Assembly: GCA_965238225.1 (NCBI GenBank) | Contig: OZ250183.1 | Coordinates: 1,120,001 to 1,184,000 of the forward strand | From: Gammaproteobacteria bacterium | GTDB lineage: Bacteria; Pseudomonadota; Gammaproteobacteria; Eutrophobiales; Eutrophobiaceae | Reading direction: 5' to 3' | DNA length: 64,000 bases | Shown here: piece after piece, positions 46,025 through 57,000 of the stretch | How positions within the stretch are numbered: the stretch's first letter is position 1 | Layout of the letters: each line of letters starts with the position of its first letter | The notes under the pieces: model-generated | Database searches by the model: none | What the model was told of the DNA's origin: nothing | What the model saw: only the letters and a program-made list of their open reading frames with translations | Translations under genes and position numbers: made by a program

Positions 46025-46257
46025 ACTGCCCCTATCTCATTAAAAACCCGATATAAATAAACATAGAAGTAAATTAAGGGCAGGGGATATTATGCTGTTT
46101 GAATTAAGCTGGGTCAAATTAAGCAAGCAAGATTAATCCAAACTAGATAAGCTGAACCTAATGCGTAATTCCTTAAAAAATTCTACTTAATACACAATTT
46201 TTTTCTAAGCCCTCAATAGAAATATTTGGGCCAATATTTGGCTCCAAAGATAGCGTA

Positions 46258-47268
46258 TTATTTTCTATGGCATGGCTCGGCAGTTTCAATTTCTTGTGCT
46301 ACAGAGGTACCAATAACAATAGGTATCCCTTTGGCTTGATGCAAAACTATCTTTGCCATATCCCAATCAATAAGATATTCATCCTCCTTGGTCGATGTGA
46401 TTACCGCCTTCATAAACTGCATAAAATCTTTGTTCTCATAATCTCTGATCGCATTGATGACATTTCCATATTCATCTTTTTCAACAGCGCTTAATGGTTT
46501 GTGCGCCTCAAGGTATAACATGCCATCGGCTGCGCCTATTTTATAAGGATGATTAATGATATTTACAGATGTCCCTACCTGAACTTTGTTAAATAATTCT
46601 GCAATATCTTCAGGATATAATCTAATGCACCCGTGGCTCACACGCATACCAATCCCCCACGGCTTATTAGTTCCGTGAATGAGATACGCTGGCAACCCGA
46701 GTCTCAAGGCATAATCACCCAAGGGGTTATCAGACCCTGCTTTAACAATTGCAGGCAAAGGATCGCCTGCATCTTCATGTTCTTGACGTATCGATTTTGG
46801 TGGGTGCCAATCAGGATGTTTTTTCTTTCCTGTAATACGCGTTTTTTTATAAGGGGTTGCCCAACCCTCCTTGCCAACACCCAATGGATAGGTAAACACC
46901 TCAGTAGGCGCTCCTTCTTTAACAGCAGGAAAATAATACATGCGCATTTCAGGGATATTTAAAACAACCCCCTGCCTTGGCACATTAGGTAATATAAATC
47001 TAGAGGGTAATTGAACGACTTCGCCATCTTCTAGCATCCATGTATCAATGTCTGGATTCAATGATTTTAAATCATGATACCCAAAGCCATATTTTCTAGC
47101 AATATCAAGCAGTGTACTCTCTTTATTCACAACAATTGAATCGAGTTCGCCGATAATCTCGCCTGTGCTTTCTTTGAGTTCATAGTTTGTTGCATGCGCA
47201 TAGCTTGCTAAAAAACTATGTATGAATATAAATAAAAATATAGGCAAAATTGGAAATTGGAAATTCAT
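46258..47268 (-). CDS. L,D-transpeptidase (ErfK/YcfS/YnhG family, LysM-like + YkuD)
   Basis: TLLDIAR, NIPEMRMYY, NPLG, IHGTNKPWGIGMRVSHGCIRL. Confidence 0.93.
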   Translation of the reverse strand: MNFQFPILPIFLFIFIHSFLASYAHATNYELKESTGEIIGELDSIVVNKESTLLDIARKYGFGYHDLKSLNPDIDTWMLEDGEVVQLPSRFILPNVPRQGVVLNIPEMRMYYFPAVKEGAPTEVFTYPLGVGKEGWATPYKKTRITGKKKHPDWHPPKSIRQEHEDAGDPLPAIVKAGSDNPLGDYALRLGLPAYLIHGTNKPWGIGMRVSHGCIRLYPEDIAELFNKVQVGTSVNIINHPYKIGAADGMLYLEAHKPLSAVEKDEYGNVINAIRDYENKDFMQFMKAVITSTKEDEYLIDWDMAKIVLHQAKGIPIVIGTSVAQEIETAEPCHRK

Positions 47269-47568
47269 TGCCTTAGTTTTAAATTTTTAAGTCTAATTAT
47301 CATCTATTATCTTCTTGTATACCTTTTTACTGCAACAATGGTTTGCCAAATCAATGCTGAAAGAACGACTAGAATCATCAAAATCATAAGAACATAGCGT
47401 CATTTTTTATAGCCTTTAATCGTGTGCCGAATACATTTAATGAAAAATGAACAGATGGGCAGATGTTTGTATATTCTGTTGTCTGTAATATTACAATGAA
47501 ATGTCTTTAAACCCGCAGTATTTACCCTTAGATAAATAAAATAATGTCTTATTTCTCAAACAGTCTGA

Positions 47569-48086
47569 CTATCTCTCAAATAATCTGGGCATTAATTCAA
47601 CTAGATTACAAGGTCTCGTACGGCAGTCTAGCTACTGGCTTATCAGATCGTCCCATGCAGTTTTACAGGCGTTTTTGAACCCGGGCAGGCCAAAAAGATA
47701 TACTGCCATTTAAAACACCTGCAATCGCACGAGACTATATCGTTGATGTGCCAATCTGTTTGTAGGAAACGGTGCGAAATGTTTCGCCAAAATCGTCAAT
47801 GACTTTATCTAACAAAACTGCAACTGCCTCTGGCGTGCCATCACGCCCAGTGATGCCGGTGCTTAATATCACTTGTATATCATCGTCAATACACCAATTT
47901 GAAATAACAGCTCTAATCTGAAATTTATCATCAGCAACGATTTGCTTATAGATAAGATGGTGTCCGGTGTCTTTTAGGCTTTTAACCAGCAATTTCCCGG
48001 ATGTGTCGCAAGCTTCAGTGCGCGTATCCGAAACAGTTAACCGCGATGCCTAGCGGCATAAAATCTCTTGTATTGTCTGCGGTCAT
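47569..48086 (-). pseudogene. moaB: Molybdenum cofactor biosynthesis protein B, disrupted
   Basis: MTADNTRDFMPLGIA, frameshift, LTVSDTR...DTSG. The TGGTG motif is shortened to TG, and in-frame stops occur after IGTSTI and ISQ before RPCNLVEL. Confidence 0.9.
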
Positions 48087-48173
48087 CTACAATTCTCTAC
48101 AAGACACAATAGGCGAAAATTATACCTAATTAAAGCAAAATAGAGAGCATATAAAAGAGGTATGCATGAATAT

Positions 48174-48785
48174 TCAAGAAATGGGTTTACCCCATGTGCC
48201 ATCAAAAAACTGTTCAGTAAGTGGATTTCTTTGCCGTTTAGAAGATTCTCGTTGCATCAATTCACCAGTAATTTCATTTTCTGGCAATTGATAGCCTACA
48301 GCCATCATCGCCATTACGGTGTATTGTTCTGGTATTTTAAATACTTGCGCTGCCTTTTCAGCATTAAACCCGCCCATTTGATGCACCATTAAGCCCAAAG
48401 CAGTTGCTTGCACGCACAGACTCATGCTTGCGGCGCCTGTGTCGTATTGCGCCCAACGATTGGCTTTTTCATTATGACTAAACAGCGTATTTGCCAAAGC
48501 AAGGATAAGCACAGGCACATTCACGACCCAAGACTGATTGCCTTCTGACAGGCAGGAAAGGGCATTGTCCCATGCAGCTTCATTCGTGGATTTATCACAA
48601 ACAATATATCGCCAAGGCTCGTCCCCAAAACAGGAAGGCGCCCATCTCGACGCTTCTAAAAGAGAAATAATATCTTTTTGTGTAACCTTTTTATTTACAT
48701 CATAAGCCCTGCCGCTCCAGCGGCTAGCGATTAATTTATCTACCTTTTCTTGTGTGTCTATTTTCTTATAAAACATATCTTGCAT
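48174..48785 (-). CDS. Nitroreductase family protein
   Basis: RWSGRAY, WAPSCFGDEPW, YDTGAA, HQMGGF. Confidence 0.92.
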   Translation of the reverse strand: MQDMFYKKIDTQEKVDKLIASRWSGRAYDVNKKVTQKDIISLLEASRWAPSCFGDEPWRYIVCDKSTNEAAWDNALSCLSEGNQSWVVNVPVLILALANTLFSHNEKANRWAQYDTGAASMSLCVQATALGLMVHQMGGFNAEKAAQVFKIPEQYTVMAMMAVGYQLPENEITGELMQRESSKRQRNPLTEQFFDGTWGKPIS

Positions 48786-48795
48786 TCTTAAAAAT

Positions 48796-49713
48796 CTATT
48801 TCAACAAAAACTCTAAAATACCTTTCTCAAGCATTGACAGATTAAAAATATAGTCATTGTGATCAAAAGTCTCTCGGAGAGGATTTATAGTATCTTTCCA
48901 ACCCATACCGTCAGTAATCCAGAAAAATTTAAATTTTTGACTTAGATTATCTGATAAATTGCGATATTCTGCAGCTGTTGATTTTAATTTTGATCCTCCG
49001 CCACCATAAAAATTGACTTCTATAATAAAGAGTTCTTTTCCGTTATCAATCACAAAATCGTATTTGCGAGACGATTTATCAACTGGCACATTATATTTAA
49101 GCTCTTCTTTGATTTTTTTGGCATTAGCTTTCTCCAAATATCTAAAATTATTTTTCTTACAAACATCTTCAATGAATACTTTTACAATATCTTCCATTGC
49201 ACACCCGCTTCGATTTTTTCGCCCGTGGCTATCAAGTCCTGCTTCAATACCAATCATGTAATCAACTAAATTTTTGATTCTTTTGTCCGTAAACAATTTT
49301 TTTAGCCCTGTCTTGGTAACAAACTCCAAATATATTTCCATGTCATCATCAGAAATATCTTCTTTAGAAAAGTCATAATTTTCATAAACGAGAGATTTAT
49401 TCTGGTAATCAACGAGAATATTAAATTCTTTAGTATTCTTTCCATCCCTTACAGCCAAAGCTGGAATAATTTTTGCGATATTTGGGTTCTCTTTAAGCAA
49501 AAATTTAAACGCATCATTAAAATTATCTTTGCCGATTAGATAATTAAGATTATTTAAAGCAAGATCAATCTTATCTGTATTAGCAAAAACTTTTGTCCAA
49601 TTTACAAAATAAGACCACATTACATTGCTTGGTTTTAATCTTGAAATAAAAAAATCAAAAACTTGATCTTCTGTATCACAGTTTATTGTTTTATAAAAAC
49701 ATAATTTCTTCAT
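48796..49713 (-). CDS. Type II restriction endonuclease, DpnII family (predicted GATC)
   Basis: YFVNW, GIEAGLDSHGRKNRSG, YDFV...IEVNFYGGGGSK, WITDGMGW. Confidence 0.9.
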   Translation of the reverse strand: MKKLCFYKTINCDTEDQVFDFFISRLKPSNVMWSYFVNWTKVFANTDKIDLALNNLNYLIGKDNFNDAFKFLLKENPNIAKIIPALAVRDGKNTKEFNILVDYQNKSLVYENYDFSKEDISDDDMEIYLEFVTKTGLKKLFTDKRIKNLVDYMIGIEAGLDSHGRKNRSGCAMEDIVKVFIEDVCKKNNFRYLEKANAKKIKEELKYNVPVDKSSRKYDFVIDNGKELFIIEVNFYGGGGSKLKSTAAEYRNLSDNLSQKFKFFWITDGMGWKDTINPLRETFDHNDYIFNLSMLEKGILEFLLK

Positions 49714-49716
49714 AAA

Positions 49717-50508
49717 TTATTTTTTATTTTTTAACTCCTCAAATCTTTTAATTGATAAATCAAGATATTTTTTATTAATATCAATACCTATAAATTTACG
49801 ATCATACATTTTTGCAGCAATGCCTGTTGTAGAACTGCCAGTAAAAGGATCAAGGATTAAATCTTTTTTATTTGTGGAAGCCAGAACTATACGGCGCAAA
49901 AGGTCTAAAGATTTTTGTGTTGGATGTTTGCCAAAAGTTTTTTCTTCACGCTTTGGTGTGTTAATTGACCAAACAGAACGCATCTGTTTATTAGATTTTT
50001 TCATTAAATCTTCAGGCCATTTGCTATTTTTCATGATGTCATAATTAAAAATATGTTTTTTCTTTTTATCTTTTCGTGCCCAAATAATAGTTTCATGGCT
50101 TGCTGTAAAATAACGACAGCTTAAGTTTGGAGAGGCATTGGGTTTAAACCATGCAATATCATTTAAAATATGAAAATTACTTGACTGTAAAGCAAAACCA
50201 CATTGGTAAATAGAATGATATGTTCCGCTAACCCAAATTGTCCCATGCGGTTTAAGCACACGATGACATTCTTCTATCCATGCAAGATGAAACTCAAAAT
50301 CTCTTTTAAGTCCCTTGCTTTTATCCCAACCACCCTTATTAACACTAACTCGCTTGCCTGCGTGAACGCTAAAGCCATCATTTGAAAGATTATACGGAGG
50401 GTCTGCAAAAATCATATCAATAGAATTTTCAGAAATTTCTTTAAGTAATTCTAATGAATCCCCCTGATACAGCTTAAAATTTCTTTTATTATAAAATAGT
50501 TTTCGCAT
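49717..50508 (-). CDS. Beta-class DNA adenine methyltransferase, DpnA-like
   Basis: FADPPY precedes DPFTGSSTTG; SGTYHSIY, WFKPNASPNLSCRYFTASHET, KHPTQK. Confidence 0.9.
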   Translation of the reverse strand: MRKLFYNKRNFKLYQGDSLELLKEISENSIDMIFADPPYNLSNDGFSVHAGKRVSVNKGGWDKSKGLKRDFEFHLAWIEECHRVLKPHGTIWVSGTYHSIYQCGFALQSSNFHILNDIAWFKPNASPNLSCRYFTASHETIIWARKDKKKKHIFNYDIMKNSKWPEDLMKKSNKQMRSVWSINTPKREEKTFGKHPTQKSLDLLRRIVLASTNKKDLILDPFTGSSTTGIAAKMYDRKFIGIDINKKYLDLSIKRFEELKNKK

Positions 50509-50711
50509 ATATTTTTTATCAACTCGTCGAGTATTTTCAAGCACTTTGAATTTAAGCTACTAAAGAATTCCATCTTTATTTTTTTCTTTAGTGTGCGGCG
50601 CAATCATTTTCCGTCATTTTCAATGATCGCGCCATAAATTAATTTCATAGCTTTCTTAGGCTAGCATTATAAATCAATTCTGATTCAAATATTGATTTCT
50701 AAATTTACCGT

Positions 50712-51385
50712 TTATAAACTATCAATAAATTTATCTCGTGCGTCATTAGCTTCACTAAAAAGCGTGCGCCTACCGCTCATTGAAGCAGGCAATCTGCTAA
50801 TCAATAGGCAAATTGACATCAAAAGAGTTTGTCCGTTGGCTCCCTCAATCTGTGAATTTCCCCACGAAAAAATATTAAAAAAGAGGGGGCTGTGCCTGTA
50901 CAGCTCCAAACTGCCAGTATTACTCACTGCTGCTACCAATTTAACCCCGCTTTACTACTACACCAAGTCTCATGGGCGCATCCAGCGTGGGATGCCAGCC
51001 CCGATACAATTGCAAGATTTTGTCTTAAACATTGCCGCCTTTCCACTTCTAATTAAAGTTCCACTACAAATATAATATTGATATAATCTGCCTGCCATTG
51101 TACCTAGATCGGACGCTGGCGCTATGGAGATGGCTATGTGGAATTTATTAGGCACACGTACTTTGATGTTTTGATATGGGACTTTAACATGAGGCAGTTT
51201 TAAATCTGACTTAATGACAGATATCAATGCTAATTTTAAGTCCCAGAGCAATGTAATAATTGGAAGAATATCCTCCCCTAGATCGTGCTCAAACTGTTTC
51301 AGTTGACCTAAAACAGTAAATTACACTTAAGGATCGTTATTTGCAGGAACAACTATTAATACGCCATCTATGCTGTACGTATAAA
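50712..51385 (-). pseudogene. Degraded coding remnant, identity uncertain
   Basis: Long stretches of one frame broken by stops; contains YICSGTLI (trypsin-like protease-type motif). Confidence 0.3.
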
Positions 51386-51595
51386 GTTATCCATGTATAT
51401 TAAATGGATACAAAATATAGATAGCCTTGGCAGGTTAATTGAATAATCAGAGATTAATTATCAAATTATTAACAGCATGACTGACTTAAACTTAATATAT
51501 AAATATCATTTTATTCTTTTTATTTAATGAGCACTACATTTATGAATCAAAAAATAATTGACAAATCAATTGATAATTTAGTTACAACCAAAGAT

Positions 51596-53179
51596 ATGAA
51601 AAATATTCTCGTTGCAGATAAGATTGCAGACGAAGCAATAAATTACTTAAAAGAACAAAATAACTTTAACGTTGTATGTCAGGCAGGGTTAAGCGAAACT
51701 GAACTGTGTAAAGAAATACCTAAATACCATGGAATTATCATTCGTAGCGCTACAAAGCTGACTCGCGATATTCTCCAATATGCCAAGAATCTTGAGGTAA
51801 TTGGTCGCGCAGGAATTGGTGTTGATAATATCGATATTGATTCAGCAACAGAGTTCGGTATTGTCATCCTTAATACTCCTGATGCTAATGCAACAACCAC
51901 TGCTGAACTCGCTATTGCACATATTTTTTCACTTAGCCGCAACCTACCGCTTGCTGATCTTTCCGTAAAATCTGGCGAATGGAAACGTTCTGCATTTATC
52001 GGAACAGAATTAAGAGGAAAATTATTAGGAATAATCGGTTATGGTACTATTGGTCGTATCGTATCTGAACGCGCTATTGGTCTAAAAATGAAGGTATGTG
52101 TTTACGATCCTTTTGTCACTCAGGAAGTTTTCGAGGAAAATGCTGTAATTGCACTACCTTTGGATGAGTTAGTAGAGAAGGCAGACTATATTACATTGCA
52201 TTGCCCGATTAATGATAATACACGAAACGTAATCAGCGCTGAACGCATTGCTAACATGAAGCCAGGAACACATCTTATTAATTGTGCCAGAGGCGGACTT
52301 GTTGACGAAACCGCTTTATATGATGCGCTCAATACTGGAAGTCTTGCAGGTGCTGCATTAGATGTTTTTGAAAATGAGCCTCCAGTAAATTCACCATTGC
52401 TAAAATTAGCAAATGTCGTATTTACTCCTCATCTTGGTGCTTCAACCCATGAAGCGCAAATTGTTGCTGGTGTGGAGATTGCACAGCAAGTTAGCACTTA
52501 TCTGGAAACAAAAGAACCGGTTAATGCCATCAATCTTCCGTCTATTTCAACTGAAGATTTGAAAAAACTACAACCCTATAATACATTGGCCAATCGACTG
52601 GGTCGATTGATTGCCTCATTTGTGAATGAACCTATCTCTGAAGTAGAGGTAACACTCTCTGGCGAAAACTGTGATCTTGATGTAAGACCTGTAGCTATTG
52701 AAGTATTAGTAGGTCTTTTAAGTAAAAAGCTCTCTGGTTCTATTAATCGAGTCAACGCTGCCCAGATTGCTAAGAGGCAAGGTATTCATTTAATTGAATC
52801 TCGCTCGGGAGAGTCACCTAATTATCACAGCGTACTTTCTGTAAAAGTGAATCATGGTGACAGTCAATTATCTCTAGCAGGAACATTTTTTAGAGATCAT
52901 AACCCCAGACTCGTATTTATTAATGATTATGAAATTGAGACTGTATTAGATGGACACTTGTTATTCACTTATCATAAAGACAAGCCAGGCGTAGTCGCAA
53001 CACTAGGAACTATCTTAGCTAATGCTGATATTAATATTATTCGCATGCAGCTTGGTATAGCACCTAACACTGATATAGCCATCGCTGTTTTAGAGGTGTC
53101 AGAAACTATAAATGATAACATTTTGCAAAAGATCAATAACATTGAAGAAGTCTATAAAGCTCTGCAATTATCATTATGA
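51596..53179 (+). CDS. serA: D-3-phosphoglycerate dehydrogenase (long form with ASB+ACT domains)
   Basis: GRAGIGVDNID, GYGTIG, NCARGG, TPHLGAST, C-terminal DKPGVV ACT domain. Confidence 0.96.
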   Translation: MKNILVADKIADEAINYLKEQNNFNVVCQAGLSETELCKEIPKYHGIIIRSATKLTRDILQYAKNLEVIGRAGIGVDNIDIDSATEFGIVILNTPDANATTTAELAIAHIFSLSRNLPLADLSVKSGEWKRSAFIGTELRGKLLGIIGYGTIGRIVSERAIGLKMKVCVYDPFVTQEVFEENAVIALPLDELVEKADYITLHCPINDNTRNVISAERIANMKPGTHLINCARGGLVDETALYDALNTGSLAGAALDVFENEPPVNSPLLKLANVVFTPHLGASTHEAQIVAGVEIAQQVSTYLETKEPVNAINLPSISTEDLKKLQPYNTLANRLGRLIASFVNEPISEVEVTLSGENCDLDVRPVAIEVLVGLLSKKLSGSINRVNAAQIAKRQGIHLIESRSGESPNYHSVLSVKVNHGDSQLSLAGTFFRDHNPRLVFINDYEIETVLDGHLLFTYHKDKPGVVATLGTILANADINIIRMQLGIAPNTDIAIAVLEVSETINDNILQKINNIEEVYKALQLSL

Positions 53180-53859
53180 ACATAATCTCTTCATACGATC
53201 TTATCTTATTTGACTGTGATAGCACTCTCACTATCATTGAGGGTATTGATGAGCTTGCAAAAAAAATGGGGTTAGCAAAAAAAATTACTGAATTAACAAA
53301 TGCTGCAATGAATGGTGACCTTCCATTACATGAAGTATATTCAAAACGGCTAAATCTTATAAAGCCAGATAGATTCTCAATTAAATGGTTAGGTCAACAC
53401 TATATTGACAACATTATTGAGGATGCTGCTTCTGTTATATCCATACTGCAAGCACATGGAAAAGAAATACATATTGTCAGCGGCGGTATCCTGCAAGCCA
53501 TTCAACAATTAGGAGAAAGCCTCAAAATTCCTCAAAAAAATATCCATGCCATTGATGTGTATTTTGATAATTTTGGAAATTATGATGGTTTCGATGAAGC
53601 ATCGCCTTTGTGTCAACAAAATGGTAAAGCATTAATCTGCCAAAAATTAATGTCTGTTAAAGGCTCAGCAATCATGATAGGTGATGGAGCAACCGACCTT
53701 GAAGTTTCCAAGGTAGGCGCTACTGTTATTGGTTTTGGAGGAATAATCCATAGAACACTCGTCGAACAAAATGCTGATTACTACATAAAAGAAAATAAAT
53801 TAACACCTGTGCTTGATCTGTGTCTAGCAAATGATAAAAGTCAAACGAAATGTAACTAA
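53176..53859 (+). CDS. serB: Phosphoserine phosphatase (HAD IB)
   Basis: FDCDSTL, EGIDEL, AMNG, VSGG, IGDGATDL; overlaps the serA stop. Confidence 0.9.
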   Translation: MNIISSYDLILFDCDSTLTIIEGIDELAKKMGLAKKITELTNAAMNGDLPLHEVYSKRLNLIKPDRFSIKWLGQHYIDNIIEDAASVISILQAHGKEIHIVSGGILQAIQQLGESLKIPQKNIHAIDVYFDNFGNYDGFDEASPLCQQNGKALICQKLMSVKGSAIMIGDGATDLEVSKVGATVIGFGGIIHRTLVEQNADYYIKENKLTPVLDLCLANDKSQTKCN

Positions 53860-53954
53860 CTAAATTTTTAAGATGTTAATAAATCTTAGCGGTGACACCC
53901 CTAAAAGATTTGGCTGTATGACGACGAATGTAGAATTAGAGGTTAATAAATAAT

Positions 53955-53982
53955 ATAAAGGGATCTACATAGATCCCTTTAT
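53955..53982. terminator. Bidirectional terminator between serB and the RTX gene
   Basis: ATAAAGGGATCTA-CA-TAGATCCCTTTAT perfect inverted repeat between convergent genes. Confidence 0.8.
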
Positions 53983-54038
53983 TGTTATTGTCTTAAACTT
54001 AAACCTTTATTTCACTTAAATCTAGCGTGATTAAGCTA

Positions 54039-57000
54039 TTAGGCAGTTTGCCATGTTTCAGTCAATACTGTTTGCAAGCTATCAGCAACATCTTGTGCTA
54101 TGACATTACCTGCACCAAGTGGTACATCATAAGCTGCCATGGCATTGACTAATTTGTGGACATCATCTTGTAGTAACACTGATGAACCAACTTGGAAACT
54201 ATCTAGTTTGTAGTCATTAATCTCACTGTAATCAGGGGGCCACCGGATTTCAGTTTCTACAATTTTTCTACTTCTCGTTTCGTACCAACCGATCACTGTC
54301 GCTTGATCATCGGTTCCAGCGACGGTGATTAGTAAGTCTTTATCACTACGACTAAACCACAAGTCTTCTACTGATACATTGTCAAATTGTAATATATCAT
54401 TACTCGTTGAGTAGTCCGTATCATAATTATAAATGCTTGCATTACCGTCACCTAAAGAAAACAGATAAGTATCGTTACCGTCATCTCCGTACAGGGAATC
54501 GTCACCAGAGCCACCGCTTAGTACATCATCGCCGCTTTGTCCGTACAGGGAATCGTCACCAGAGCCACCGCTTAGTACATCATCGCCGTTTTGTCCGTAC
54601 AGGGTATCGTCACCGTCACCTCCAAACAAGTAATCCTTACCGTCACCTCCGCTTAAGACATCGTCACCATTGCTTCCATGCAAGGTATCGTTACCAGCAC
54701 CTCCGCGCAAATAATCGTCACCATTATCGCCATTTAAGTAATCGTTACCGTTACCGCCATTTAAGTTATCGTTACCGTTAAATCCGTATAGGGTATCTGT
54801 GCCGTTACCGCCATTTAAGTTATCGTTGCCGTTAACTCCGTATAGGGTATCGTTACCGTCACCGCCATTTAAGTAATCGTTGCCGTTACCGCCATTTAAG
54901 TTATCGTTACCGTCACCGCCGTATAGGGTATCGTTATTGTTTTGTCCATACAGGGTATCATTGCCGTTTTGTCCATACAGGGTATCGTAGCCGTCACCGC
55001 CGTATAGGGTATCGTCACCGTTATCGCCGTTTAAGTTATCGTTATCGTTACCACCGTCTAAGATATCGTTATGGTCACCGCCGTATAGGGTATCATCGCC
55101 GTTTTGTCCGTACAGGGTATCGTAACCTGCACCACCACTTAGTACATCATCGCCGTTTTGTCCATATAAGTAATCGGTATCGGCACCTCCGTACAAATAA
55201 TCGTCACCGTCACCGCCGTCTAAGGTATCGTTATGGTCACCGCCGTATAGGGTATCTGTACCGTTTTGTCCGTACAGGGTATCGTAACCTGCACCACCAC
55301 TTAGTACATCATCGCCGTTTTGTCCGTACAGGGTATCGTCACCGTTATCGCCGTTTAAGTTATCGTTATCGTTACCACCGTCTAAGATATCGTTATGGTC
55401 ACCGCCGTATAGGGTATCATCGCCGTTTTGTCCGTACAGCTTATCGTTACCACCAAGACCTTCTATTCGATCATTACCACTACCACCATTGAGAGTGTTG
55501 TCCGTATCATCGCCTATCAATAATCTAGCACCATCAGCAAACTCAATTTGGTCTAATCGGTTATCATCACTTAGGAAGTGATTATAAATCGTTATGGTTT
55601 CTGTTGTGTTATTAGTACCACTTACTTGTAATAGAAGATGATTATCTACGCGAGTTGTTTGAACATCCGTGGTAGCAATGCCTTGTCCAAGTTGCAAGGT
55701 ATCTGTGCTGTTGCTTGTATCAAGGTTGTAAATGGTTGTATCACCGTCACCCAAAGAAAACAGATAAGTATCGTTACCGCTACCTCCGTGCAGGGTATCG
55801 TCACCAGCACTTCCCCACAAGTAATCGTCACCACTACCTCCGTGCAGGGTATCGTTGCCGTCACCTCCGTGCAGGGTATCGTTACCGCTACCTCCCCACA
55901 AGATATCGTTACCAGCAAGACCTTCCAGCAGATCATTACCATCACCACCATTGAGAATGTCATCGTTCTCAGAACCTCTTAACAAGGTTGTTGGCAATGT
56001 CCATACAGTACCGTCAGCAAACTCAACTTGGTCTAATCGGTAATCATCCCTAAAGTGATCGTAAATCGTTATAGTTTCTGTTGTGTTATTAGTGCTACTT
56101 ACTTGTAATAGAAGATGATTATCTACACGAGTTGTTTGAACATCTGTGGTAGCAATGCCTTGTCCAAGTTGCAAGGTATCCGTGCTGTTGCTTGTATCAT
56201 AATTATAAATGGTTGTATTGCCATCACCTAGAGAAAATAGATAAGTATCGTCACCCTTATCTCCAACTAAGACATCCGTACCTGCACCGCCGCTTAAGAC
56301 ATCGTCACCGTCACCTCCAAACAAGGTATCCGTACCAGAACCTCCGTACAGGGTATCGTTACCATTATCGCCAGCTAAGGTATCGTTACCGTTTTGTCCG
56401 TACAGCTTATCGTTACCGTCTTGTCCATACAATCTATCGTTACCACCAAGACCTTCTAATCGATCATTACCATCGCCACCATTGAGAGTGTTGTCCGTAT
56501 CGTCGCCTATCAGTAATCTAGCACCATCAGCAAACTCAATTTGGTCTAATTGGTGAAAATCATTCCAGAAGTGATCGTAAATCCTTATAGTTTCTATCGT
56601 GTTATCAGCGCCACTTACTTGTAATAGAAGATGCTTACCTACGCGAGTTGCCCGAATATCCGCGGTGGTAATACCTGCTCCAAATTGCAAGGTATCTGTG
56701 CTTACGCTTGTATCGGCATTATGAATGGTTGTATTACCGTCGCCTTGAGAGAACAGATAAGTATCGTTGCCGGCACCTCCGTGCAGGGTATCGTAACCTG
56801 TACCACCGCTTAGTACATCATCGCCGCTTTGTCCGTACAGGGCATCGTTGCCGTCACCTCCGTACAGGGTATCGTTACCGTCACCTCCAATCAAATGATC
56901 ACGACCTTCATGTCCATACAAGGTATCGTTACCGTAATTTCCATTTAACTGATCATTACCACTACCGCCATTGAGAACGTTATCCGTATCGTCGCCTATC

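Noticed and set aside
50712-51251. Flotillin-like remnant (QNIKVRVP, ARDKFIDSL)
   Set aside because: Only two short motifs with wrong spacing; cannot be distinguished from chance
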